A DNA stretch of 52,481 nucleotides from IMG/VR virus record IMGVR_UViG_3300033067_000224, positions 1 through 52,481 of that record; one strand, written 5' to 3'. This DNA is from a virus (taxonomy: Duplodnaviria > Caudoviricetes). This document shows, piece after piece, positions 16,585-25,771 of this stretch. Every line of letters starts with the position of its first letter. Position 1 is the stretch's first letter. The notes beneath the pieces are model-generated. The model was given only the letters and a program-made list of their open reading frames with translations. It ran no database searches and was not told the DNA's origin. A program made the position numbers and the translations under genes.

Positions 16585-16785
16585 GCTATTATTTTTGACT
16601 GCTGGGTATGGGGTGCGGGGAAAGGGTCAGAAAGGCTGATTTTTCGGGAATTTCTGAAAAAGTGGCTCTTCATTTAAAAACAACCCTGCGAATTTTGGAT
16701 GGGTACAATGGCGAAGTCTAAAGTGTTATAGCGAAAAGTGAAAATGGGACCGATCTGTGGCCTGGATACCCCTTATATATACTTA

Positions 16786-16815
16786 TACTACTACTACTAC
16801 TACTACTACTACTAC
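16786..16815. repeat. (TAC)10 microsatellite in the AT-rich convergence gap
   Basis: Ten perfect TAC units flanked by inverted TATATATAC/GTATATATA arms. Confidence 0.95.
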
Positions 16816-16940
16816 AAGGTATATATATAGAAGGGTAGGGAATATAGAGGGTTTTATATAGAGGGTATAGAGCCAAAAAAGTAGCTATCGAAAAATGAGT
16901 AAATCACCGCCAAAATTCGATCACTTTTCTATAGCAAATT

Positions 16941-19900
16941 TCAGCCGCCCGCGAGCTGCTTCACAACAGGCAGTGACTGCTTGACTGCATGTCCGACTTC
17001 ACCAGTGATGATGTCTTTGCCAACACCAGCGATGTGGTCGACCGTCGGGCCAGCAAGAGTGCCTGCAACATTTCCGCCGAGCATGTCAGTGATGAACGAT
17101 GATGTACCACCGATGCCTGAGCGGTTAATGCCGTGGCTGATCCAATCGACGAGTGTCCAGTTCGCCATGTACCCAGGCATCGACCCACCACCGGTCACCA
17201 TCGCCTTCATCATGTCCGACACGATCATGATCGGCACACCGTGCAGTAGTCGTGCGGCTGCGCTGAAGTTCCCATGCTCCGCTTCGTGCATTGCGTAACG
17301 CATCGTCGTCTCTTGGAACGCATACGTGAACGACTTGAACTGGTAGAACATTGCAAAGTGCGGGTCGCTCGCGCGTGTCGGCCTCAACCCTGCATTCGGT
17401 GACACGATCGCACGGTTGACCCAGCGGTTGACTGCGAAGTGCGTGGGCTCGAGCAACTTCTGTGCGACGGCCACGTCCTTTATCTTTTTCATCTTCATCA
17501 GCTCAGCAGCACTGACGACCAGCTGACCCTGGTCATTGATGAATATGTCACTCTTCTTCAGCCCGAGCTCACGCAGCCACCGAGCGCTGTGCTCTGGCAC
17601 TGCGTTGTTGTAGTCCCGCACGATTGCTTTGCGCGCTGCGTCGGTCGCAACGATGCGCATGTCACGGTCCCACTGTGTAATGCCGATGGCCTTGAAGAAC
17701 ACGTGGTTGATGTGCCGGGTCAGACCTGATGAATACTCCGACGAATGGACCTCGCCCATCTCTTCGTTCTCCATGTCGCTGTTGATCACCCCGGACGCCA
17801 GCGCAGCCTTCTCCATGTCGTCTGGGTCTCTCATCCCGAACGGATTGCCCAGGAACAAATCCTTCCAGTTGTTCCACAGTCCGGTGAACCCGCGCTTGTA
17901 TGCGTTGAACATGTCTTCCCATTCCCCGCCAGCCACGCGGATGCCGTTCGCATCGAGCATCGAGCTGAAGATCATCAGTGGCAGCAGGCGCACGATCTGG
18001 TAAGTCATGGCCCCAGCCTGGAGCTGCCGGGCTGTAGCCGAGATATCCTTGCCCAAGGAGCCCTCCATAGCCCCGCTGGCTCGTTTTAAGTCCTCCATCC
18101 GACGCTCCACCCACTCCTCGCGCTTCGAGGGCTCTACGGCCTTATTTTCAGCCTCCGTGGCCAGCTCTGAGCGGATGGGGCCATCCTTCTCGTACTTGAT
18201 CACTGTGCCGTCCTCCGAGATGAACCGCACGTCGCCCTTCTTTGCCAGCATGTCTTTGAGGCCAATCCCGTCCTCATCGAACGTGCGGGTGTACTCCGCA
18301 GCCCGCACGCCCTGGCTGATGTACTGGGTCATCGTCCCGATCACATCCTTGCTCAAGTATGGGGCCACATCCTCATCCGCCAGCCACTCCAGCGTACGCT
18401 CGTTCATTGACGCAAAGAATGGACTGAGCACGCCGTCCTCGCGCAACGCCTTGAGCTTGTGGTCGCTCACCCCCAGCCGATCAATCAGACTCTGGTGGAT
18501 CATCTCGGCCACGTCGCGCTCGGTGACGATGCCCGACTCACCAGCCTGGATCGCTCCGGCCTTGATCGTCGTCATCAGCTTGCCGTGCTTCGCCAGCAGC
18601 ATGTTGACGAACGACTCCCTACCGTTGATGAGCTTCTCGATCTCGTACACGCGCGGCCAGTATTTACCGTCGGCACCCAGCTGCTCACCGATGTCGAGCC
18701 CAGCCTGCTTCGCGTAGGTTCTGTACTCCGTCAACACGCCCTGCAGATTCTTCTTCGCCTTGCGCAAAATTTCAGTCGTCGGCTCCGTGTGGCTGTTCAA
18801 CGCCTCGGCCAGAGTCTCAAGGTCTCGCTTCAGGTTCGCACCCTGCAGCGGCTTGAGCGCCACGCGAATCCGGTTGCTATAGTAGTTGCGTTTGAACCGC
18901 GTGCGGTTTATCACCCCATCCTGACCCTTCACCTGCTCGGTGTCGGCGCCATAGGCTGGGTTCGAGTACCACATGCGCCCTAGCAGCTGAGCCGTCTTGC
19001 TCTCGCTGTTCCTGAAGTTCAGGTGGTTCGCCATCACCTCGGTGTACAGCGCCTGCGCCTGCTTGTCGTACTTCGCCAGCATCTTCTGGCGCCACTCGCC
19101 CTGGCTCATGATCTTCTCGATCGCCCGACCAGCAGCGCTCATCTCCTTGAGCTGGCCCTGGTCAAACGCGGTGAAGATCGCCAGTGCCTTCTCGCTGTCG
19201 CGCACGGCACCGAACACACGGCGCATCAGCGCCTGGACTTTTTCAAAGAAAGTCTTCGGCGCGTGGTCGATGTCCAGCAGCCCGAGCTTCCAGAATTGGA
19301 ACGCATAAGCCACGCGCTCCTCCGGGTCGTCCTCCATGCTCTTCAGCGCTGCGTCCTCACCCTTGAGCAGCTCCTTCACCCGGTCGTAGATCTTCGGGTC
19401 GCTCATCGCGCTGTGCAGCAGCTCCTTCGTCTTCTCCATCCCCTTGGCGTTCAGGATCGTGTTAAAGAATGCGTGCACAGACTCGTGGTACGCCAGCCGC
19501 ATGATGGTCAACGGGTTCGCTGTGCTGATGCGGGCGATGTTCGTGAGCGTGTCGAAGTCAGCCTTCCCGCCCTTCATGTCTGGGAACACGTCTTGCAGGA
19601 TCAGCTTCACCTTGTCGCTGACATTGCGCTCGAAATACTTGATCGCCGAAGTCACCTCGATGTGCTTCGGTGGCGCCATGGTGGCCAGCTTGGCGAACTG
19701 GTTCGCGGATTCTGCCTCGGTCTGACGGGCGATGGTTTCGGCGTTCCGCTTCACCGACCCCTGCGGCCCGAGCTTCGCCTCCAGGTGTTTGTCTGCTGCC
19801 GTCACCTCCTCAGCCGTCTTCACCAGCCGCCGCAGGCTGTCGATCATGTCCTGCAGCTCATCGCTCTGGTCAGTTTTAGCCCGCTCCCGGACCCTCTCCA

Positions 19901-22900
19901 GCTGCTTCGCCGCCCAGGTACCGATAGCTGCTGCACGCTCGGTGGTGTAGTCGGCAGGTGGGTTTTTGAGGTATTCCTGGTGCTTGGATATGGCCGCTCC
20001 GAGGGTATTCTGGCTACCTACCCCATCCGAAGCGGCTTTCGTCGCTCCAGGAGCCTGTATTGAGCTGCTAGGGGTATGTTTTCCGAGGTTTTCCACCTTC
20101 TGCTGCAGATAAGCGAGCGTTTTCGGTGCCCTTGTGGCTAGTTCAGCTCTGCCAGTACCGAGCCCGTCTGCCGGGATGACGACCTTGCCCTTGTGTGCCT
20201 CGATCTTGGCGAAATCTTCGTCGATCTTGGCTTTGTTCGCCTCGAACGTGGCATCTGACCAAAAGGCGTTTTCGCCCATATGTGGTGCAGCCTTCGTGCG
20301 TACCCCCACAGAGTTCGGCTCACCGCGCATGGCAGCGGCCTGTCCGCCCAGGCCAGTACGTCGGTCGTTGTCCCCGAACACAAACAGGGTGTCTGGCTCT
20401 GCACGGACCATATCACGGGTGATATTAGCGCGGCGCTCGGCGGTAGGCGCTACCTTGCTAGGCTCCTTTGTTTCTACCTGTCTAGGTTCCTTGGTCCCTA
20501 CCATCTGCCACGCCGAATAGTGATCGGTCGTGTACGCTTCGGTGTACCCCCCGTCGATCAGAGCCTGCCGCAACACCCCCTCCCCCTCAGCGTTATGGGC
20601 TCGGGTGGCGTTCGCACCACTGTCTGTACGTACAGTAGCCCCACGGTCGAGGGCCATCTTCACGTGCTCGATGATCTGGTTTACTCCGGTAAACCCTCGG
20701 CCTCTGCCTGGCACGCTCACCACCACGACCTTGCCGGTCATGTCTGCGTCATTCTTCGGGCTGAAGCGCTTGCCCTCAGCCTGAGCAGCCCTGCCGAGAT
20801 CTCCGGCGTAGCCCTCTGGGCTGATGGGGGCGATGATCCGGTCAGCACCCAGCAGCTTCGCCGTTTCCTTCGGTTGGTGGGCACCCGGCGCCTTGGGCGG
20901 GGTCTTGAGTAGCGGGGGGGATACCCTGGGGGATACCTCGCTAGGTTCCTTGGTCTCTACCTGTCTAGGTTCTTTTTTGGGAGCACCGAGCTCTCTGACG
21001 GCAGTCATCGTGTCTTTCTCGCCACGCTTCTCGCCGTCGAATTTCGCACCCAGGTTAGGCACAGTGAGTACCCCCTGGTTCTTGTCAACCAGCCCCCGCA
21101 GGAACCGCTTCATGCCACCTTTAGGCACGAACGACGTAGCCACAGGTGCCAGCTTCGACCGCTCCAGCAGCGCTCTGCCCCCAGGCTTAACAGCCTCGTC
21201 CAACTTCTCGGCCTTCTTCTGGTCGTTGTACCCAGACAAGAAGTTCACCAGCTTACGCACCTGCCCCACATCCAGCACAGGTGGCAGCCTTGGAGTCTTC
21301 GGGTCCGGCAGGGCGGCGCGCATGATCTCGGCGGCCACGGCTGAGCGCAGATGCTTGAACATCGCCTGATCATCAGGGTGAGCGTTCGCAATGTTCCTGG
21401 GGGTCAGCAGCGCAGCCAGCGGGAAGGCGTACTGGGTGCCCCCTACCCCCCAGTGGCCTGCCTCTTTAGGCTCGGCGGCTTTATCACTGAGGACTTTTCC
21501 AACGTTCGCTGCCTCGTCGGTCTCGGCCTCCGTCGCGTGGAGCTCACGCCACAACTCCCCCAGCTCTTTGCTGTACCCGTAGCTGTCGTCTGTGGAGGGG
21601 CGGCGCATGCTGCGCACATAGCCGAAGATCCTCTCGAGGCCCGCTTCGCGGTTCGCTGCGTAGTCCCGCCACAGCTGCTCGGCTACTTTCCCAGCCTTGT
21701 TGACGGCAGCACCGACGGTGAGCGCCTTCGGCAGGTGGTCAGCGGCTGCGCGCATCACGCTGGACATCAGCTTCAGGTGCTTGCGCTCTTCCTCTCTGGT
21801 GCGTGAGCCCTGGTCGATGGCCATCGCCTCATCGACGGCCTCTTCACCCTGGACATCCTTCTCATCCTGGGAGAGCTCGGCATTCTTCTCCTCCTCGGCC
21901 TTGGCGTTGATCAGCCCCTGGTTGTGGACCTCCTCAGAGCTGGCCGCGCCGCGCTTGTGCATGGCGCCATACGCCTTGCTGCGTTTGTACTCCGCGTAGC
22001 TGGTCCCGCCCACATCCAGCGACGGAGGCAGGTCACCCAGGCCTGCCTGCGCCCAGCCGTTCTCGACCTCAGTCTTTCCGGCTTTGCGGTAGGACATTTC
22101 TCTGCCGACGTTGTAGTCCTTGTCTGGCCCCAGGCTCGTGACGCGGTCACCGAAATCGTCGGTAAAAGTCTTCGTGCTTGACTTCGTCGGCGCCCAGCGA
22201 GTCCCAAAGTCATCCACGGTCCCACCAACAGGCTCACCCTTCGTGTCTGCGGGGCTAAACTCTTCCCGCTCGCCCTTGGCGTTCATAATCCACGGCAGGC
22301 CCTTAGTCAGACCCCCCATGTGCAGCGCAGTAATGCCCTGCTTCAGCGCGTCGAGGTAGCTGTCGTACTGCGCGTTCGGCGAGCCACTCCCGGTGTCGTT
22401 CTCTCGTTTGTCGTCAGTATGGGCATTCTCCTGCTCCCTTACCCACTTCACCAGCTTGTACGCCGGTATGGCGACCTCACCTGTGTTCGAGTGCCGGCTC
22501 TTAAAGTGGATGATGTTCATCCCGGCCTTGACCTTGGCCTGCTCCGCCTTGTCGTCTCCGGCAGTCACCCAGGCCGAATTTAAGTGCGCCGCACCCTTCT
22601 TGGCCATGTCGTTGAGCTCAGCCAGGTTCATCTGCAGGTAGTCGCGGTCTGTCGGTTGTTCGGCTACCACGGCATAGCGCTGGCTGAAGAAGTGGTTGAC
22701 GTAGTCCTTGAGGTCGGCGTTCGGGTTCTTGGCCGCGAACTCCTGATAGCCAGGGATGTTCCTCGCCAAGGACTCACGGGCGGTCTCCACAGCGCTCTTG
22801 ACGATGGGCACCATCGCAGCCATGCGCGCCCCGAGGTCTGGTATGGCTGCCAGCTCGCTGTACTTGCTCGACTTCTTGGCCACACTCAGCACAGCGTCAA

Positions 22901-25760
22901 GATCACCTCGTGTCTGGTTCAGCTCGGCGTTCTGGTCAATGCTCAACTTCTCACCGCTAGGGCTGAGGGATTCGCGCTTGCCCAGGACAGAGCTGATGTA
23001 AGCACGTGCGCGCTCAGCTACATTGAGGTTACTGATGGCATGGGCGACCTCGCCGGGGACTTCAGCCTTCCCCTCCTGCTCCATGTACCGCATCATCAGC
23101 TTCAGCCGCTGGTCGTCGGGCACGCCCGAGTCGTCGAGGATCTTCTTCGCGTTCGTAGCTCCGGCAGCCTCCATCGGGTCTTTCGAAGCGGGGTTGCCCA
23201 TGGAGTACCTGTCACGCTGCTCTGGCCCGAGCCGCTCGGTAGCCTTCGCTACGAGCTGCTGAACATGCCCGAGGGTCTGTTCCTGGGTCTGCCCCTCGCC
23301 AGGGTAGATCAGCTTCGGCAACCGGCCATCGTCATTCTCTTTCCACGCATCAGAAAACTTCACCATCGACCCGCGCTTGTCACCACTGACGTGGAACACG
23401 AGAGAGTCCCGGTCCATGCTCTTTTCGAGCTGTCGCTGGTCGAAGGCGCTTACTTCTTCGTCAGATGTTAGATCACGAACGTCAGCAGCTGACTGCTCGG
23501 TGTCGTGCGTTCCCTCCGTGTCCGTCGCCTGGGTCTTGCTGCCATAGCTGTCGTTCTCGTCGATCGGGTCGTCCCTAACGCCCTCCAGGCGCGGCATGAG
23601 TGTCTTGCCCAAGTAGCTCTCCATCGCATCGACGACGGGCTTGGTGAGCAGCGCGTTTATCTTCATGCGGCTGAAGATCGCCTTACCATCGCTAAACGCC
23701 TCCATATTGTCGAGCAGGTCGTTGCGGTCTTTGTTAGAGCTGAGATTAATACCTTTGGCAAGCAGCTGAGTCTCTACATCGGCTGGCACCAGCTTGGCGA
23801 ATTCTTCGGCTGCAGCGTCGCGGGTGTCGTGCTGGACTTTCAGAGCAGAGCTGTTCGTGGCCCCCAGGTAGGACGATGCAGCTTGGACGATACCCTTGAG
23901 GGCCATCGTGCTGCCAGTGATGCGGTTGATGTCGGTCAGGACATCTATTGCCTTCGTCCCCACAGTCTGCACGAGCTGTTCAGCCAGGCGCTCAGCCCGG
24001 CGCCCTTCGGCAGGCGTGGGGTTGTCGACCGTAGCGGCAGCGGTCAGCTCCTGGGCAAGACCTCTGACGATACCCACGGCCTGGGGGTCGCCTTGTCGGA
24101 CCCTGGATGGCTCCAGGGCACCCTCGGCGTCCACCTCGTAGCCGTGCTCATCGGTATAGGCGTTCCACAGCTTGTTCGCCACCAGCTCAGCACGGGTGTT
24201 GAAGAGCTTGGCCTTGTTCTGTGCCTGCTCGAGCCTGGCCTTGTTCGCAGCCGCGCGCTCGTTGATCGTCTTGCCGGTCACTCCCTGCTCAGGCTCACCC
24301 GTCGTGAACATGTCGGGGGTGAGGTCGAACGTGAACTCTTTCGGGTCGATGACCCTGCTGGGGGTGGACTCAACCTCCTCGGCTTCGGCCCACCTCTCCA
24401 CAGAACCTTCTGGTATCGGAAATGTGTCGCTCAGACGCTGCTGCCCGTCGGGACGCTCCGCGTTGTTCTTCATCCGAGCGAGCTCTGCATTCGTGATGTG
24501 CAACTTCTGCATCACAAACTTGGCGGCGTCGAGGAATTCAGGGGCACCGAGATTCTTGATGGCGTTGAGCGGGTCGTCGACAGGGATACCACTTACCTTC
24601 TGCAGGTGTTCTTCGGCCTCTTTCCCTTTGAGCTTGCTGAGTTCTTCTACCAGCACACTCTTCTGCCGCGCAGCAGCCTCCGGTATTTTTGCCGGGTCTT
24701 CTGTGTGCCCCTCCAACGCTTGCACGAGTGCCTCGGCTTCGGTGCGTCTACTGAACCGACTTACCCCACCGTTGAGTTCCTCAAGGATAGTCTTCGGCTT
24801 CTCATCCGGGGCGTTCAGGTCTATCACGTCGCCGTTCTTGCCGTCGCCTTCGGTGCGCCCCCGACTCCACATCTTCTCACCATAGTGCCCGACCGCACCC
24901 ATGCCGCCGCCACCGATAGCACCGCCCAGCCCGCTGTTGATCAGCTCGGACATGTCACCGGAGGTGTCGCGCTCAGGGTTCAGCTGGCTGTGCGCCCGCT
25001 GCTGGCTGTACTGTTGCCCCGTCTCTGTCAACCCCTCACCGATTGCTTCGCCCAGGAGCTTCGCGCTCGTAGGCATCCGCCCGAGAACCTTACCGGCTAC
25101 GCCTGACAACTGCCCGACGGGCAGCAGCTGCGGCAGAGTGTCGAGCACCGCAGCTCGGTAGCCGTGCTTCGAGACTTCATCCCTAATGTCCTGGGCCGAC
25201 CGCTGCATCGCTACCGGGTCGTCAGCAATCTCGTTGTACGCCTCGCCCGTCAGGAGGTTCTTATTCTGGCGGTACATCTCCAGCGGAGCGGCACCGCGCA
25301 GTCCCCAGGCTATGGCCTGAGCTGCTGGGTGAGGGATCAGCCCGGCGATGCCAGAGGCCAGCCCCATAGCCGAGCCTGTGGCCATCTGATCGATGGACGA
25401 CCCAGCCGCTTGCCCGAGCTGTCCGGCGACGTAGCTGGCTGCGTCACCCAGGCCGTGCACATCCTCGTAGCGGCTAGGTGCGGTGGCGAACACCTCCCCC
25501 TGGTCTCTCAGTGAGCGGATTCTGGCGCGCAGCAGGGCGGCTTTCTCCAGGCTCTGACGGTCGGCTGCGGCCCGCAGTAGGGACTCTTCGTCGCCGAGCA
25601 GATTCCTCTCGTTCGAGATGCGGGATCCCCGGAACGAGTTCGTGAATGAATTGCCCCCGGCAGCTTCGGCCTGGAGGGTGGCGAGGATGTTCGCCTCATC
25701 ATCGGGAACGAGGGTGACCCCGTCATAAGGGTCGTAGTCGCGCAGAGAAGAGTATCCCAT
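16941..25760 (-). CDS. Giant (2939 aa) internal virion / DNA-ejection protein with accessory enzymatic domains
   Basis: Last gene of the structural arm, with AAGGA RBS; HExxH (YHESVH) at about 19475-19490; FVFGDN..G.GGQA macro-like domain at about 20090-20440; C-terminal FYQFKSF and hydrophobic tail typical of podovirus ejection proteins; motif copy at 23455-23472. Confidence 0.8.
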   Translation of the reverse strand: MGYSSLRDYDPYDGVTLVPDDEANILATLQAEAAGGNSFTNSFRGSRISNERNLLGDEESLLRAAADRQSLEKAALLRARIRSLRDQGEVFATAPSRYEDVHGLGDAASYVAGQLGQAAGSSIDQMATGSAMGLASGIAGLIPHPAAQAIAWGLRGAAPLEMYRQNKNLLTGEAYNEIADDPVAMQRSAQDIRDEVSKHGYRAAVLDTLPQLLPVGQLSGVAGKVLGRMPTSAKLLGEAIGEGLTETGQQYSQQRAHSQLNPERDTSGDMSELINSGLGGAIGGGGMGAVGHYGEKMWSRGRTEGDGKNGDVIDLNAPDEKPKTILEELNGGVSRFSRRTEAEALVQALEGHTEDPAKIPEAAARQKSVLVEELSKLKGKEAEEHLQKVSGIPVDDPLNAIKNLGAPEFLDAAKFVMQKLHITNAELARMKNNAERPDGQQRLSDTFPIPEGSVERWAEAEEVESTPSRVIDPKEFTFDLTPDMFTTGEPEQGVTGKTINERAAANKARLEQAQNKAKLFNTRAELVANKLWNAYTDEHGYEVDAEGALEPSRVRQGDPQAVGIVRGLAQELTAAATVDNPTPAEGRRAERLAEQLVQTVGTKAIDVLTDINRITGSTMALKGIVQAASSYLGATNSSALKVQHDTRDAAAEEFAKLVPADVETQLLAKGINLSSNKDRNDLLDNMEAFSDGKAIFSRMKINALLTKPVVDAMESYLGKTLMPRLEGVRDDPIDENDSYGSKTQATDTEGTHDTEQSAADVRDLTSDEEVSAFDQRQLEKSMDRDSLVFHVSGDKRGSMVKFSDAWKENDDGRLPKLIYPGEGQTQEQTLGHVQQLVAKATERLGPEQRDRYSMGNPASKDPMEAAGATNAKKILDDSGVPDDQRLKLMMRYMEQEGKAEVPGEVAHAISNLNVAERARAYISSVLGKRESLSPSGEKLSIDQNAELNQTRGDLDAVLSVAKKSSKYSELAAIPDLGARMAAMVPIVKSAVETARESLARNIPGYQEFAAKNPNADLKDYVNHFFSQRYAVVAEQPTDRDYLQMNLAELNDMAKKGAAHLNSAWVTAGDDKAEQAKVKAGMNIIHFKSRHSNTGEVAIPAYKLVKWVREQENAHTDDKRENDTGSGSPNAQYDSYLDALKQGITALHMGGLTKGLPWIMNAKGEREEFSPADTKGEPVGGTVDDFGTRWAPTKSSTKTFTDDFGDRVTSLGPDKDYNVGREMSYRKAGKTEVENGWAQAGLGDLPPSLDVGGTSYAEYKRSKAYGAMHKRGAASSEEVHNQGLINAKAEEEKNAELSQDEKDVQGEEAVDEAMAIDQGSRTREEERKHLKLMSSVMRAAADHLPKALTVGAAVNKAGKVAEQLWRDYAANREAGLERIFGYVRSMRRPSTDDSYGYSKELGELWRELHATEAETDEAANVGKVLSDKAAEPKEAGHWGVGGTQYAFPLAALLTPRNIANAHPDDQAMFKHLRSAVAAEIMRAALPDPKTPRLPPVLDVGQVRKLVNFLSGYNDQKKAEKLDEAVKPGGRALLERSKLAPVATSFVPKGGMKRFLRGLVDKNQGVLTVPNLGAKFDGEKRGEKDTMTAVRELGAPKKEPRQVETKEPSEVSPRVSPPLLKTPPKAPGAHQPKETAKLLGADRIIAPISPEGYAGDLGRAAQAEGKRFSPKNDADMTGKVVVVSVPGRGRGFTGVNQIIEHVKMALDRGATVRTDSGANATRAHNAEGEGVLRQALIDGGYTEAYTTDHYSAWQMVGTKEPRQVETKEPSKVAPTAERRANITRDMVRAEPDTLFVFGDNDRRTGLGGQAAAMRGEPNSVGVRTKAAPHMGENAFWSDATFEANKAKIDEDFAKIEAHKGKVVIPADGLGTGRAELATRAPKTLAYLQQKVENLGKHTPSSSIQAPGATKAASDGVGSQNTLGAAISKHQEYLKNPPADYTTERAAAIGTWAAKQLERVRERAKTDQSDELQDMIDSLRRLVKTAEEVTAADKHLEAKLGPQGSVKRNAETIARQTEAESANQFAKLATMAPPKHIEVTSAIKYFERNVSDKVKLILQDVFPDMKGGKADFDTLTNIARISTANPLTIMRLAYHESVHAFFNTILNAKGMEKTKELLHSAMSDPKIYDRVKELLKGEDAALKSMEDDPEERVAYAFQFWKLGLLDIDHAPKTFFEKVQALMRRVFGAVRDSEKALAIFTAFDQGQLKEMSAAGRAIEKIMSQGEWRQKMLAKYDKQAQALYTEVMANHLNFRNSESKTAQLLGRMWYSNPAYGADTEQVKGQDGVINRTRFKRNYYSNRIRVALKPLQGANLKRDLETLAEALNSHTEPTTEILRKAKKNLQGVLTEYRTYAKQAGLDIGEQLGADGKYWPRVYEIEKLINGRESFVNMLLAKHGKLMTTIKAGAIQAGESGIVTERDVAEMIHQSLIDRLGVSDHKLKALREDGVLSPFFASMNERTLEWLADEDVAPYLSKDVIGTMTQYISQGVRAAEYTRTFDEDGIGLKDMLAKKGDVRFISEDGTVIKYEKDGPIRSELATEAENKAVEPSKREEWVERRMEDLKRASGAMEGSLGKDISATARQLQAGAMTYQIVRLLPLMIFSSMLDANGIRVAGGEWEDMFNAYKRGFTGLWNNWKDLFLGNPFGMRDPDDMEKAALASGVINSDMENEEMGEVHSSEYSSGLTRHINHVFFKAIGITQWDRDMRIVATDAARKAIVRDYNNAVPEHSARWLRELGLKKSDIFINDQGQLVVSAAELMKMKKIKDVAVAQKLLEPTHFAVNRWVNRAIVSPNAGLRPTRASDPHFAMFYQFKSFTYAFQETTMRYAMHEAEHGNFSAAARLLHGVPIMIVSDMMKAMVTGGGSMPGYMANWTLVDWISHGINRSGIGGTSSFITDMLGGNVAGTLAGPTVDHIAGVGKDIITGEVGHAVKQSLPVVKQLAGG

Positions 25761-25771
25761 TTATCTGTCCT

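Noticed and set aside
23505-25106. 533-aa plus-strand ORF, and other long antisense ORFs within the giant gene
   Set aside because: Antisense shadows; V/L/H/R-rich with no motifs
16941-25760. N4-like virion RNA polymerase (suggested by size and the N4-type capsid)
   Set aside because: I could not find T7-like RNAP catalytic motifs; better explained as an ejection/polyvalent protein, pending an HMM search
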